A DNA stretch of 14,009 nt, taken from UHGV virus genome UHGV-0193479; one strand, 5' to 3'. The DNA comes from a virus. Both the position numbers and the translations under genes were made by a program. How positions within the stretch are numbered: position 1 is the stretch's first letter; each line of letters begins with the position of its first letter. This document shows, piece by piece, positions 1 through 8,205 of this stretch. Under the pieces are notes generated by a model that searched no databases, was not told where the DNA came from, and saw nothing but the letters and a program-made list of their open reading frames with translations.

Positions 1-194
1 TGACCGTCTGGGATGGTGCTCATGCTGGCGCGGCAATGGGCATCCTGGCTGTAACCGCAGACCAGAACAGCGCGGAACTGGCATATTACAAATCTGGCTC
101 TTTCCGTATTGAAGATGTCCTCTGGCCATCTGCCGTCATCGACGACAACATTAAACGTAACGCGTTCGCCGGTACTGCAATCAGCATCGTTTAA
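1..194 (+). CDS. D: Head decoration protein, lambda gpD-like (5'-truncated by window edge; reading frame begins at nt 3)
   Basis: Frame from nt 3 translates to [63 protein letters not shown], collinear with the C-terminus of lambda gpD as recalled (…FAGTAISIV). Stop TAA at 192..194. Position immediately upstream of the major capsid gene matches lambda order. Confidence 0.88.
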   Translation, partial: TVWDGAHAGAAMGILAVTADQNSAELAYYKSGSFRIEDVLWPSAVIDDNIKRNAFAGTAISIV

Positions 195-223
195 TCCGCA
201 TTTCTACAACCATCATCATTCAT

Positions 224-248
224 AAAAGCCGCTTGCGCGGCTTTTTTT
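224..248 (+). terminator. Intrinsic terminator-like hairpin between D and E
   Basis: Seen in sequence: AAAAGCCGC-TTGC-GCGGCTTTTTTT; 6-bp GC stem (227..232 / 237..242), extendable by A:T pairs, followed by a 7-T run (242..248). Confidence 0.6.
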
Positions 249-261
249 ACGGGAAAAATCT

Positions 262-1287
262 ATGTCCGTTTACACCACTGCCCAACTGCTGGCGGTCAAT
301 GAGAAGAAATTCAAATTCGATCCGCTTTTCCTGCGTATCTTTTTCCGCGAAACCTATCCCTTCAGTACAGAGAAGGTTTACCTGTCGCAAATTCCTGGCC
401 TGGTCAATATGGCGCTTTACGTCTCGCCGATTGTCTCCGGCAAAGTGATCCGCTCCCGTGGCGGCAGCACGTCTGAATTCACGCCGGGTTATGTGAAGCC
501 GAAACACGAAGTTAACCCACTGATGACTCTCCGCCGCCTGCCGGATGAGGATCCGCAGAATCTCGCTGACCCGGTCTATCGCCGTCGCCGCATTATCCTT
601 CAGAACATGAAGGATGAAGAGCTGGCGATTGCTCAGGTCGAAGAGAAACAGGCTGTTTCGGCGGTGCTCAGCGGTAAATACACCATGACCGGGGAAGCGT
701 TCGAGCCTGTTGAAGTCGATATGGGCCGCAGCGCTGGTAACAACATTGTCCAGGCCGGTGCGGCTGCATGGTCAACCCGCGACAAAGAAACGTATGACCC
801 GACCGATGACATTGAAGCCTACGCGCTCAACGCCAGCGGTGTGGTCAACATCATTGTGTTCGATCCGAAAGGCTGGGCGCTGTTCCGTTCCTTCAAGGCT
901 GTTGAGAAGAAGCTGGATACGCGTCGTGGTTCTAACTCTGAGCTGGAAACTGCCGTGAAAGACCTGGGTATGGCTGTTTCATACAAGGGGATGTTTGGCG
1001 ATGTGGCCATCGTGGTGTACTCCGGCCAGTACGTCGAAAACGACGTCAAAAAGAATTATCTGCCGGACCTGACAATGGTGCTGGGGAATACCCAGGCTCG
1101 TGGCCTGCGTACCTATGGCTGCATTCTTGATGCTGATGCCCAGCGCGAAGGTATCAATGCCTCGACACGCTACCCGAAAAACTGGGTGCAGTCGGGGGAT
1201 CCGGCGCGCGAATTCACCATGATTCAGTCAGCTCCGCTGATGCTGCTGCCAGACCCTGACGCATTCGTCTCCGTCAAACTGGCATAA
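262..1287 (+). CDS. E: Major capsid protein, lambda gpE-like
   Basis: 341-aa ORF; near-collinear with lambda gpE as recalled (MSMYTTAQLLAANEQKFKFDPLFLRLFF… / …TMIQSAPLMLLADPDEFVSVQLA). RBS-like GGGAAAA upstream of ATG 262. Confidence 0.97.
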   Translation: MSVYTTAQLLAVNEKKFKFDPLFLRIFFRETYPFSTEKVYLSQIPGLVNMALYVSPIVSGKVIRSRGGSTSEFTPGYVKPKHEVNPLMTLRRLPDEDPQNLADPVYRRRRIILQNMKDEELAIAQVEEKQAVSAVLSGKYTMTGEAFEPVEVDMGRSAGNNIVQAGAAAWSTRDKETYDPTDDIEAYALNASGVVNIIVFDPKGWALFRSFKAVEKKLDTRRGSNSELETAVKDLGMAVSYKGMFGDVAIVVYSGQYVENDVKKNYLPDLTMVLGNTQARGLRTYGCILDADAQREGINASTRYPKNWVQSGDPAREFTMIQSAPLMLLPDPDAFVSVKLA

Positions 1288-1296
1288 CTTCCCCCA

Positions 1297-1320
1297 GTGG
1301 CCCTGTCGGGCCACCTTTCT
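1297..1320 (+). promoter_or_regulatory. GC-rich hairpin 3' of capsid gene with interrupted U-tract (possible partial terminator or mRNA 3' stabiliser)
   Basis: Seen in sequence: GTGGCCC-TGTC-GGGCCAC (7-bp perfect stem, 1297..1303 / 1308..1314) followed by CTTTCT. Lies in the E-FI intergenic region. Confidence 0.4.
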
Positions 1321-1332
1321 GGAGTATTTCCC

Positions 1333-1749
1333 ATGACAGAAAAAGAAAAGCTGGTCGCCCGCCTGAATGAACTTGGGACCCAGCTTAACCGCGAGGTCAG
1401 TACCAGCGGCACCATTCAGGAACTGACGATGCGTATTGCTGAGCTTGAAGAGGAACTGGATGGCAATGCCGGGTCAGTTGACGGTGAAAACGGCGTGCAG
1501 AATGCTTCCGACAGCACCGACAGCACCGACAGCACCGACAACAATGTTGCTAACGTGGCAAAAGTAAAAACGGAATCGGCCACAACGGGTGACCTGGTAT
1601 CAGTAGAAACGCTGGCCACCCTGCATATTGACGCTCTGCATGCCACGCGTAACGAGCCGGTATCTATCGTAGAGCCTGGTGTGATTATCCGCGTATCTGA
1701 ACAGGATGCCGACGACTTGATCGCAAAGGGGCTGGCTTTCGAAGTCTGA
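1333..1749 (+). CDS. FI: DNA-packaging / head assembly protein, lambda gpFI-like
   Basis: Translation MTEKEKLVARLNELGTQLNREVSTSGTIQELTMRIAELEEELD… and C-terminal …LHIDALHATRNEPVSIVEPG… resemble lambda FI (MTKDELIARLRSLGEQLNRDVSLTGTKEELALRVAELKEELDD…LHTDALHATRDEPVAF…). Start chosen at ATG 1333 (GGAG at 1321..1324, 8-nt spacer) rather than the upstream in-frame ATG 1297, which lies inside the hairpin. Confidence 0.88.
   Translation: MTEKEKLVARLNELGTQLNREVSTSGTIQELTMRIAELEEELDGNAGSVDGENGVQNASDSTDSTDSTDNNVANVAKVKTESATTGDLVSVETLATLHIDALHATRNEPVSIVEPGVIIRVSEQDADDLIAKGLAFEV
1510..1540 (+). repeat. Tandem 9-bp repeat (GACAGCACC x3 plus a partial copy) inside FI, encoding (DST)3D
   Basis: Seen in sequence at 1510..1536 as three perfect copies, followed by GACAACAAT. 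Falls in the acidic, low-complexity linker of FI. Confidence 0.85.
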
Positions 1750-1759
1750 AGGGGGCCAC

Positions 1760-2113
1760 ATGGCTGATTTCGATAATCTCTTTGACGAGGCCATGTCGCG
1801 AGCTGATAGCGCTATCCGTGGTGTGATGGGCACAGAGGCAAAGGTGATGTCAGGCGCTTTGTCAGGTGCCACCCTGGTCGGTGTATTCGATGATCCAGAA
1901 AATATCGGATATGCCGGTGCCGGGATTCGTGTTGAAGGAACCAGCCCGACCCTGTTTGTGGAAACCGCCACTGTCAGGCAGCTGCAGCGTATGGACACGC
2001 TGACGATTAACGGTCGGCAATTCTGGGTTGAACGTATTGGTCCGGATGACTGTGGCTCCTGTCATATCTGTCTGGGTAACGGCTCTCCACCTGCATCTTC
2101 GCGTCGCCGTTAA
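1760..2113 (+). CDS. FII: Head-tail joining protein, lambda gpFII-like
   Basis: 117 aa; MADFDNLFDEAMSRADSAIRG…VFDDPENIGYAG…DDCGSCHICLGNGSPPASSRRR closely parallels lambda FII (MADFDNLFDAAIARADETIRG…DDGGSCHLWLGRGVPPAVNRRR). RBS AGGGGG upstream. Confidence 0.95.
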   Translation: MADFDNLFDEAMSRADSAIRGVMGTEAKVMSGALSGATLVGVFDDPENIGYAGAGIRVEGTSPTLFVETATVRQLQRMDTLTINGRQFWVERIGPDDCGSCHICLGNGSPPASSRRR

Positions 2114-2122
2114 GGAGCGCAT

Positions 2123-2677
2123 ATGTCCATAAAAGGCCTTGAACAGGCCATAGAAAACCTTAACAGCATCAGCAAAACGGCTGTTCCGCGGGCATCGGCG
2201 CAGGCCGTTAACCGCGTGGCAAACCGGGCCGTCAGCCGCAGCGTGGCAGTCGTATCAAAAGATACGCGCGTACCGCGAAAACTGGTAAAGCAACGCGCCA
2301 GGGTGAAGAGTGCGACGGTCAATAGACCTCGTGCACTTATCCGGGTAAACCGGGGAAATTTACCGGCCATTAAACTCGGTACCGCAAGCGTGCGACTTTC
2401 CCGCAGAAAACGGGACAAGAAAGGGGCCAACAGCGTTCTGCGCATAGGGCCATTTCGTTTTCCGGGCGGCTTTATCCAGCAACTTAAAAATGGTCGCTGG
2501 CATGTCATGAGGCGGACTTCAAAACCTCGTTACCCCATTGAAGTGGTCAGCATCCCGCTGGCAGCTCCATTAACTACGGCATTTAAAGAAGAACTGCCGA
2601 AGCTCATGGAGTCAGATATGCCCAAAGAGCTCCGGGCATCCCTTACCAACCAACTCAGGTTAATTCTGACACGATGA
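2123..2677 (+). CDS. Z: Minor tail protein Z (tail completion), lambda gpZ-like
   Basis: 184 aa; MSIKGLEQAIENLNSISKTAVP…FIQQLKNGRWHVM…PLTTAFK… matches lambda Z (MAIKGLEQAVENLSRISKTAVP…FIQQLKNGRWHVMQR…). RBS AAGGAG at 2113..2118. Confidence 0.95.
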   Translation: MSIKGLEQAIENLNSISKTAVPRASAQAVNRVANRAVSRSVAVVSKDTRVPRKLVKQRARVKSATVNRPRALIRVNRGNLPAIKLGTASVRLSRRKRDKKGANSVLRIGPFRFPGGFIQQLKNGRWHVMRRTSKPRYPIEVVSIPLAAPLTTAFKEELPKLMESDMPKELRASLTNQLRLILTR

Positions 2678-3072
2678 AACACAGCGATATTCGCAAGGTG
2701 ATTATTGACGCGCTGGAAAGCGCGATTGGTACTGATGTCATTTATTTTGACGGCAGACCTGCAGTGCTCGAAGAGGGTGATTTTCCCGCTGTTGCCGTCT
2801 ACCTGACAGATGCGGAATACACAGGGGAAGAACTGGACGCCGATAGCTGGCAGGCCATTCTGCATATCGAAGTCTTTCTTGAGGCTCAGGTACCTGATTC
2901 TGATCTGGATGACTGGATGGAGACGAGAGTGTATCCGGTTCTCGCAGAGGTTCCGGGGCTTGAATCTCTTATCACCACAATGGTTCAGCAGGGCTATGAC
3001 TACCAGCGCGATGACGATATGGCGCTGTGGAGTTCTGCCGACCTGAAATATTCCATTACTTACGACATGTGA
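2674..3072 (+). CDS. U: Tail terminator protein, lambda gpU-like
   Basis: 132 aa; [16 protein letters not shown]…[45 protein letters not shown]… matches lambda U (MKHTELRAAVLDALEK…[45 protein letters not shown]…). ATGA overlap with Z stop indicates translational coupling. Confidence 0.95.
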   Translation: MKHSDIRKVIIDALESAIGTDVIYFDGRPAVLEEGDFPAVAVYLTDAEYTGEELDADSWQAILHIEVFLEAQVPDSDLDDWMETRVYPVLAEVPGLESLITTMVQQGYDYQRDDDMALWSSADLKYSITYDM

Positions 3073-3079
3073 GGACCCT

Positions 3080-3817
3080 ATGGCCACACCAAACCCGCTG
3101 GCACCAACAAAAGGTGCTGGTACCACCCTCTGGGTTTACACCGGAACTGGTGATCCATACGCCAATCCGCTTTCAGACGTTGACTGGCTGCGCCTGGCAA
3201 AGATTAAAGACCTGCAGCCCGGAGAACTGACAGCTGAATCGGAAGATGACACCTACATCGATGATGAGAATGCCGACTGGACATCAACGATGCAGGGGCA
3301 GAAATCAGCCGGTGAAACAAACCTGACGCTCGCATGGATGCCGGAGGATTCCGGTCAGCAGGACCTGGTGAACTGGTTCGATGAAGGCACCGTGAAGGGG
3401 TATAAAATCAAATATCCGAATGGTGTTGTCGATGTCTTTAAGGGCTGGGTGAGCAGTCTCGGCAAGACCATCTCGTCTAAAGAGGTCATGACCCGCACGG
3501 CAAAAATCACCAACAACGGCAAACCATCACTGGCAGAAGACAGTGGTGCCGCGCCGATTGCTGTCACGGGGATCAGCCTGGATAAATCCACTGCAGCTGT
3601 TGCGGTCGGTGAAACTGTGCAACTGGTTGTATCTGTTCTTCCGGCCAGTGCGTCAGATAAATCCTTCCGCGTATCGTCAGCTGACCGGGCCAAAGCCACA
3701 GTTACGGCTAACGGTAACACACTGACGGTCACCGGCGTGGCGGCAGGCACCGTCGAAATCATCGTTATGAGCAATGACGGTAACTTTGTGGCGATCTGCA
3801 AAGTCACTGTTTCCTGA
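3080..3817 (+). CDS. V: Major tail tube protein, lambda gpV-like, with C-terminal Ig-like (Big_2-type) domain
   Basis: 245 aa; [44 protein letters not shown]… matches lambda V ([44 protein letters not shown]…). C-terminal …[37 protein letters not shown]… parallels the lambda V Ig-like domain. Confidence 0.95.
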   Translation: MATPNPLAPTKGAGTTLWVYTGTGDPYANPLSDVDWLRLAKIKDLQPGELTAESEDDTYIDDENADWTSTMQGQKSAGETNLTLAWMPEDSGQQDLVNWFDEGTVKGYKIKYPNGVVDVFKGWVSSLGKTISSKEVMTRTAKITNNGKPSLAEDSGAAPIAVTGISLDKSTAAVAVGETVQLVVSVLPASASDKSFRVSSADRAKATVTANGNTLTVTGVAAGTVEIIVMSNDGNFVAICKVTVS

Positions 3818-3821
3818 TAAC

Positions 3822-3837
3822 CGGGGCGCGAGCCCCG
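3822..3837 (+). promoter_or_regulatory. All-GC hairpin in V-G intergenic region (no U-tract; possible attenuator or mRNA stabiliser)
   Basis: Seen in sequence: CGGGGC-GCGA-GCCCCG (6-bp G:C stem, GCGA tetraloop of GNRA type), followed by TTCCCCCGGAG containing the G gene RBS. Confidence 0.4.
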
Positions 3838-3853
3838 TTCCCCCGGAGTAATT

Positions 3854-4276
3854 ATGTTTCTAAAGAGCGAACTGCTTGAATGCAACGGCAGCAGCGTCAC
3901 ATTGTTCCAGCTTTCGGCGCTTCAGCGTATTGAATACCTCGAATACCTGAAGCAGCTGGAGGCAGTTGAAGCTGGCGATTTTCAGGCGGCCATCACCCTC
4001 ACCGTAAAAAGTGGGGCGTTCCTCGTGGCGATGTCACTCTGGCACGGCCACGAACTGAAAGGCTCCCAGGGAGAAAATGCGGCGGCGGAAGTGGCAAAGA
4101 TTCAGGATGAGGTCATGCAGTCATGGCCGACCGAACTGGTTGCCGAAGCGGAATATAAGGTGAAACTCCTGTCCGGGATGATTGCGCCTGTCATTGAAGA
4201 ACCGACTTCATCCGGTGAAGAACGTAATGATCCCGCTGAACCCGTTACTGCGGAAAAGTCCTCGCCAGTGAGCTGA
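3854..4276 (+). CDS. G: Tail assembly chaperone, lambda gpG-like
   Basis: 140 aa; MFLKSELLECNGSSVTLFQLSALQRIEYL…GAFLVAMSLWHGHE…PAEPVTAEKSSPVS matches lambda G (MFLKTESFEHNGVTVTLSELSALQRIEHL…GAFLVAMSLWHNH…PAEPVSAGKCSTVS). Confidence 0.93.
   Translation: MFLKSELLECNGSSVTLFQLSALQRIEYLEYLKQLEAVEAGDFQAAITLTVKSGAFLVAMSLWHGHELKGSQGENAAAEVAKIQDEVMQSWPTELVAEAEYKVKLLSGMIAPVIEEPTSSGEERNDPAEPVTAEKSSPVS
4252..4258 (+). other. Candidate -1 programmed ribosomal frameshift heptamer (GGAAAAG) for G-T fusion protein
   Basis: T reading frame is the -1 frame relative to G and is open from 4240 (after TGA 4237..4239) while G ends at 4276. The only slippery-like motif in the 4240..4276 overlap is G GAA AAG at the codons corresponding to the lambda G GGA AAG site (A-E-K here vs A-G-K in lambda, from memory). 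Confidence 0.5.
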
Positions 4277-4284
4277 AATTTGCC

Positions 4285-4605
4285 ATGAAACTGGCGCGTG
4301 AGTTCGGTCGCCCGGACTGGCGTGCCATGCTTGCTGGCATGTCCTCTACGGAGTACGGCGACTGGAAAATCTTCTACCAGGACAATTACTTTCATGATGC
4401 GCAGCTGGACGCACATTTCTCCGGCTTGCTCTACACCATCTCAACCCTGTTTTTTGCCGATCCGGAGTTAACCCCGGACAGTTTCAGCATTCTTTCCTCT
4501 GCACCGGAAGCCATCGACATCGATGATCCGGATGACGATACGCTGATGGCGAAGGCTGCAGGTATTTCAGGAGGCGTGCGCTATGGCCCAGACGGCAGTC
4601 GGTGA
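4285..4605 (+). CDS. T: Tail assembly protein T-like; probably expressed mainly as a G-T fusion by -1 frameshift, approx. join(3854..4258,4258..4605)
   Basis: 106-aa ORF from first ATG, in the -1 frame relative to G and immediately downstream. Position between G and the tape measure gene matches the conserved G/GT arrangement of lambdoid phages. 3' end overlaps H start by 23 nt. Confidence 0.85.
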   Translation: MKLAREFGRPDWRAMLAGMSSTEYGDWKIFYQDNYFHDAQLDAHFSGLLYTISTLFFADPELTPDSFSILSSAPEAIDIDDPDDDTLMAKAAGISGGVRYGPDGSR

Positions 4606-7099
4606 TCTGGTCGTTAACCTTGACGTTAACTCGACAAAATTCAACGAGCAGCTCAGCTACGTCAAAAAAGAATTAAAACAGACCGGCAATACGGCAAACG
4701 ATGAAGCGTTACGTATCCAGCAGTCCTTCAGCCGCCAGGAGAACGCCGCGCGTAAGGCCGGTATTTCAGTGGGTCAGTATAACGCAGCGATGCGTATGCT
4801 CCCGGCGCAGTTTACTGACGTGGCCACGCAGCTGGCGGGTGGGCAGAACCCCTGGCTGATTCTGCTTCAGCAGGGCGGTCAGGTTAAGGACTCCTTTGGC
4901 GGGATCATTCCGACATTCCGGGCGTTGCTGGGGACGATTTCCCCGTTGATGGTCGGCATTGGTGCATTGTCCGTTGCAACGGGCGCGTTGTTCTATGCCT
5001 GGTACCAGGGCTCTTCCACTCTGTCTGATTTCAACAAAACGCTGGTACTGTCGGGGAACACAGCCGGACTGACAGCTGACCGCATGCTGGCACTGGCGCG
5101 GAACGGACAGGCAGCGGGGCTAACGTTCAACCAGACCAGTGAAGCCCTGACCGAGCTTATCAATGCAGGTGTGCGTACTGGCTCGCGCTTTGATGAAATG
5201 AGCCAGGCGGTGGCGCGGTTTACTGATGCCTCCGGCGTGCCGGTGGAGAAAGTCGCTGCAGCCTACGGCAAGCTCGCAACTGACCCGACATCGGGCCTGA
5301 TCGCGATGGCCCAGCAGTTCCATAACGTTACCGCAGAACAGATTGCCCATGTGGCGCAGCTGCAGCGTGCCGGTGATGAGGCTGGCGCACTGCAGGCGGC
5401 TAACGAGGCGGCTACAGCCGGATTCAACGATCAGACCAAAGCCATCCGCGACAATATGGGGACGATAGAGTCTTCAGCGGACTCCCTGAAGCGCGCCTTC
5501 AAGTCGATGTGGGATGCAGCCCTCGATATTGGCCGACCTGACACCGCGCAGGAGATGGTGGCAAAAGCCGAAGCCGCGTTCAAAAAAGCTGATGAAATCT
5601 GGAACCTGCGTAAAGGTGACCGATATGTCAATGCTGAGGCTCGCGCCCGATTCTGGAATGACCGCGAAACGGCCAGGCTTGCGCTGGATATGGCGCAGCA
5701 GCAGGCGGGAATTGCCAGGGCGAACGAAGAGAATGCATCGCGCGAAGCGGCTGCGGAATCGGATCGCCAGAAGTATGCTGCGCAGGCACAGGCAAACTAT
5801 GCCAAAACGCAGACGGCACTGGAGAAATACACGGCCAGGCAGAGCGAGCTCAACAAGGCGCTGAAAGAGGGGCGGATCCTCCAGGCTGACTACAACATCA
5901 ACCTGGCTGCCGCGAAAAAAGAGTACGAAGACACCCTTAAAAAGCCGAAGAAGACCCCGGCAATCAGAACCCCCGCAGGTGCCCGTGCCACCGATACGGC
6001 CAGTGCCCAGACGCTGGAGCTACAGACACAGCTGCGCACCCTGCAGGAGCATAAGAGCATCAATGACACCATCAGCCAGCAGCGTCAGGAGCTGTGGCGT
6101 CAGCAGTCCCGCTTTACGGTTCTGGAAGAGGCCGCGAAGACCCGAACGCTTTCTGCTGAGGAAAAATCCCTGCTGGCCAGTAAAAGTGAGGTGCTTTCCC
6201 GTGCGGAGCTGAATGCGAAGCTTGGCGATCAGATAGTGGCGCAGGAGCGGCTTAACCGCCTGCAGGATACGTCCCAAAAATACGTCACGCAGATCGGCGA
6301 GAAAACCCGAGCCCTTGCGGAAAGTGCTGGTATGAGCAGTCGTGCAGCACAACGCCGCAATGAGGAGGCCCAGCTTCTTCAGGGCTGGAAAAATGGTGGC
6401 GGTTCGGAGAACGACGCTGGTTATCAGAATGAGCTGCAGGCGCTGCAGGCGTATTACGCCGAGCAGGATAAGCTGCGGGACGACTGGCAATCCGGGGCCA
6501 AATCCGCATGGGCAGATTATGTTGATTCCGCTTCAGATGCTTATGGCCAGATGAAGTCGGTTGCCACCAGTACGTTTGATGGCATCGGGCAGAATATGGC
6601 AGACATGCTGACACGCGGAAAGGCTGACTGGGCTGACTTTACCCGCTCCACGCTCTCCATGCTGACACAAATTCTGCTGAAGCAGGCAATGACCGGACTG
6701 GTAGATTCAGCCTCCACGGCGCTGGGGTTTGCCAGCGGGGGATTCACCGGTTCGGGTGGGAAATATGAACCCGCAGGTGTCGTTCACCGTGGCGAATTTG
6801 TTTTCACCAAAGAGGCTACCAGTCGGATCGGCGTCGGCAATCTTTACCGGATGATGAAAGGCTATGCCACGGGAGGGTATGTCGGGGGCGGTGGTACAGG
6901 CCCGGCTGCAGCACCTTTCGGTGTCAGTGTATATGCCCCGGTGACGGTCGAGAATGCTTCCGGTAACGCACAGCAGCAAAACGACGGAGACAGGCTGGGT
7001 AAGGCGTATGAGCAGGTGATTAATAAATCTGTCAACGAGGGTATCGCCAGGGCAATCCAGCCCGGTGGGCTTATCTGGAATGCGACCAATCGCAGGTAA
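4583..7099 (+). CDS. H: Tail tape measure protein, lambda gpH-like
   Basis: 838 aa; VGDLVV…AGISVGQYNAAMRMLPAQFTDVATQLAGGQNPWLILLQQGGQVKDSFGG… and C-terminal GGFTGSGGKYEPAGVVHRGEFVFTKEATSRIGVGNLYRMMKGYATGGYVG match lambda H over essentially the full length (lambda H recalled as 853 aa). RBS AGGAGG at 4569..4574. Confidence 0.97.
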   Translation: MAQTAVGDLVVNLDVNSTKFNEQLSYVKKELKQTGNTANDEALRIQQSFSRQENAARKAGISVGQYNAAMRMLPAQFTDVATQLAGGQNPWLILLQQGGQVKDSFGGIIPTFRALLGTISPLMVGIGALSVATGALFYAWYQGSSTLSDFNKTLVLSGNTAGLTADRMLALARNGQAAGLTFNQTSEALTELINAGVRTGSRFDEMSQAVARFTDASGVPVEKVAAAYGKLATDPTSGLIAMAQQFHNVTAEQIAHVAQLQRAGDEAGALQAANEAATAGFNDQTKAIRDNMGTIESSADSLKRAFKSMWDAALDIGRPDTAQEMVAKAEAAFKKADEIWNLRKGDRYVNAEARARFWNDRETARLALDMAQQQAGIARANEENASREAAAESDRQKYAAQAQANYAKTQTALEKYTARQSELNKALKEGRILQADYNINLAAAKKEYEDTLKKPKKTPAIRTPAGARATDTASAQTLELQTQLRTLQEHKSINDTISQQRQELWRQQSRFTVLEEAAKTRTLSAEEKSLLASKSEVLSRAELNAKLGDQIVAQERLNRLQDTSQKYVTQIGEKTRALAESAGMSSRAAQRRNEEAQLLQGWKNGGGSENDAGYQNELQALQAYYAEQDKLRDDWQSGAKSAWADYVDSASDAYGQMKSVATSTFDGIGQNMADMLTRGKADWADFTRSTLSMLTQILLKQAMTGLVDSASTALGFASGGFTGSGGKYEPAGVVHRGEFVFTKEATSRIGVGNLYRMMKGYATGGYVGGGGTGPAAAPFGVSVYAPVTVENASGNAQQQNDGDRLGKAYEQVINKSVNEGIARAIQPGGLIWNATNRR

Positions 7100-7104
7100 C
7101 AGTT

Positions 7105-7452
7105 ATGACGATAGAAACATTCCCCTGGGGCATTAAGGTTTCCAGCCAGCCCACCGAGGGAAGCAAAGACACAGTCAGGAAGGTTCAGTTCGGCGACGGG
7201 TACGCACAGGTGAGCGGCTCCGGCCTGAATGATGAGATTCGTACCTATGAATATTCCTTTTCAGGGGATCCGACTACAGCGAATGAAATTCACGCTTTCC
7301 TTCGGCGGCATAAAGTGAAGTCGTTTATTTTCACTCCGCCTTTCGGCGATACCGCGCTGTGGCGTGTCGAGGCTGACACGCTCAAAAAGGTGGTTAAAAA
7401 CGTAAAAGTGATAACCGTAACCGCAACGTTTGAACAGGCATTTGCACCATGA
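7105..7452 (+). CDS. M: Minor tail protein M, lambda gpM-like
   Basis: 115 aa; …VRKVQFGDGYAQ…GLN…TY…SF…TPP… parallels lambda M (…VRKVRFGDGYSQRAPAGLNANLKTYSV…SFLWTPPYE…). Position directly after H. Confidence 0.92.
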   Translation: MTIETFPWGIKVSSQPTEGSKDTVRKVQFGDGYAQVSGSGLNDEIRTYEYSFSGDPTTANEIHAFLRRHKVKSFIFTPPFGDTALWRVEADTLKKVVKNVKVITVTATFEQAFAP

Positions 7453-8204
7453 GTCTTAATGCTGATTATCAAAAACTCGAGCCGGGCAATGAAGTCCGGC
7501 TTTTTTCTGTCGATGGCACGGCGTTCGGTATGTCAGATGTACTCCGCTTCCACGCACATAACATCGCGCATACCCCGGAAGAGATTGAGGCTGCAGGCGG
7601 GGATGAGAATAAACTTCCAGCGAAGTCCATCTGGTGGCAGGGTGAGGAGTATAAAGCCTGGCCGTGTCAGATTGAGGGGATCGAGGCTTCAACCTCGGGA
7701 AGTAGTGCCCAGCCAAAACTTTCGGTTGCTAACCTCGACAGTTCGATCACCGCGCTTTGCCTGGCTTACGACGATATGCTGCAGGCGAAGGTGACGATAC
7801 ATGACACCCTTGGTAAGTATCTCGATGCGAGAAACTTCACCGGAGGCAATCCGACAGCCGATCCGACCCAGGAGAAGCTGAAGGTTTTCTACATCGATGC
7901 AAAGAGCAGTGAAACCAATGAAGTTGTTGAGTTCACACTATCCAGCCCTATGGATCTGCAGGGGCTGATGATACCTACCCGCCAGCTTCATTCTCTGTGC
8001 ACATGGTGCATCCGGAACAAGTACCGAACCGGCGATGGCTGCGACTATGCCGGTACGCGCTATTTCGACAAAAACAACAACCCGGTAAGCGATCCGTCGC
8101 TGGATGAATGCAACGGCACGCTGACGGCCTGCAAACTCCGATTCGGCGAAGATAACGAACTCTCGTTTGGTGGCTTCCCGGGCACGTCTTTGATCAGGAG
8201 TTGA
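7449..8204 (+). CDS. L: Minor tail protein L, lambda gpL-like (C-terminal Cys cluster consistent with the [4Fe-4S] site)
   Basis: 251 aa; ATGA overlap with M stop. C-terminal cysteines CTWC…DGCDYAG…DECNGTLTACKLRF correspond to the lambda L motif …CTWTYRGDECGY…DKCSKCLSGCKFR (recalled). Confidence 0.93.
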   Translation: MSLNADYQKLEPGNEVRLFSVDGTAFGMSDVLRFHAHNIAHTPEEIEAAGGDENKLPAKSIWWQGEEYKAWPCQIEGIEASTSGSSAQPKLSVANLDSSITALCLAYDDMLQAKVTIHDTLGKYLDARNFTGGNPTADPTQEKLKVFYIDAKSSETNEVVEFTLSSPMDLQGLMIPTRQLHSLCTWCIRNKYRTGDGCDYAGTRYFDKNNNPVSDPSLDECNGTLTACKLRFGEDNELSFGGFPGTSLIRS

Positions 8205-8205
8205 T

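Noticed and set aside
1297-1332. Upstream in-frame ATG (1297) as start of FI, as given in the ORF track
   Set aside because: ATG 1297 sits inside the E-FI hairpin stem with no RBS. ATG 1333 has a GGAG 8 nt upstream and the product then aligns with the lambda FI N-terminus (MT.E.L.ARL..LG.QLNR).
2530-3126. 198-aa minus-strand ORF overlapping the Z, U and V genes
   Set aside because: Lies entirely antisense to well-supported lambda-homologous tail genes, has no RBS or homology that I recognise, and is a typical chance ORF in GC-rich coding DNA.
3355-3900. 181-aa minus-strand ORF antisense to V and the V-G junction
   Set aside because: Antisense to the highly conserved major tail protein gene; no start context; considered spurious.
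6020-6490. 156-aa minus-strand ORF (and several other 60-110-aa ORFs on both strands, e.g. 5514..5864, 6285..6614, 6707..6979) inside the tape measure gene
   Set aside because: All fall within the H coding region, which has full-length homology to lambda H in its own frame. The alternate-frame ORFs are Arg/Pro-rich low-complexity translations typical of out-of-frame GC-rich sequence.
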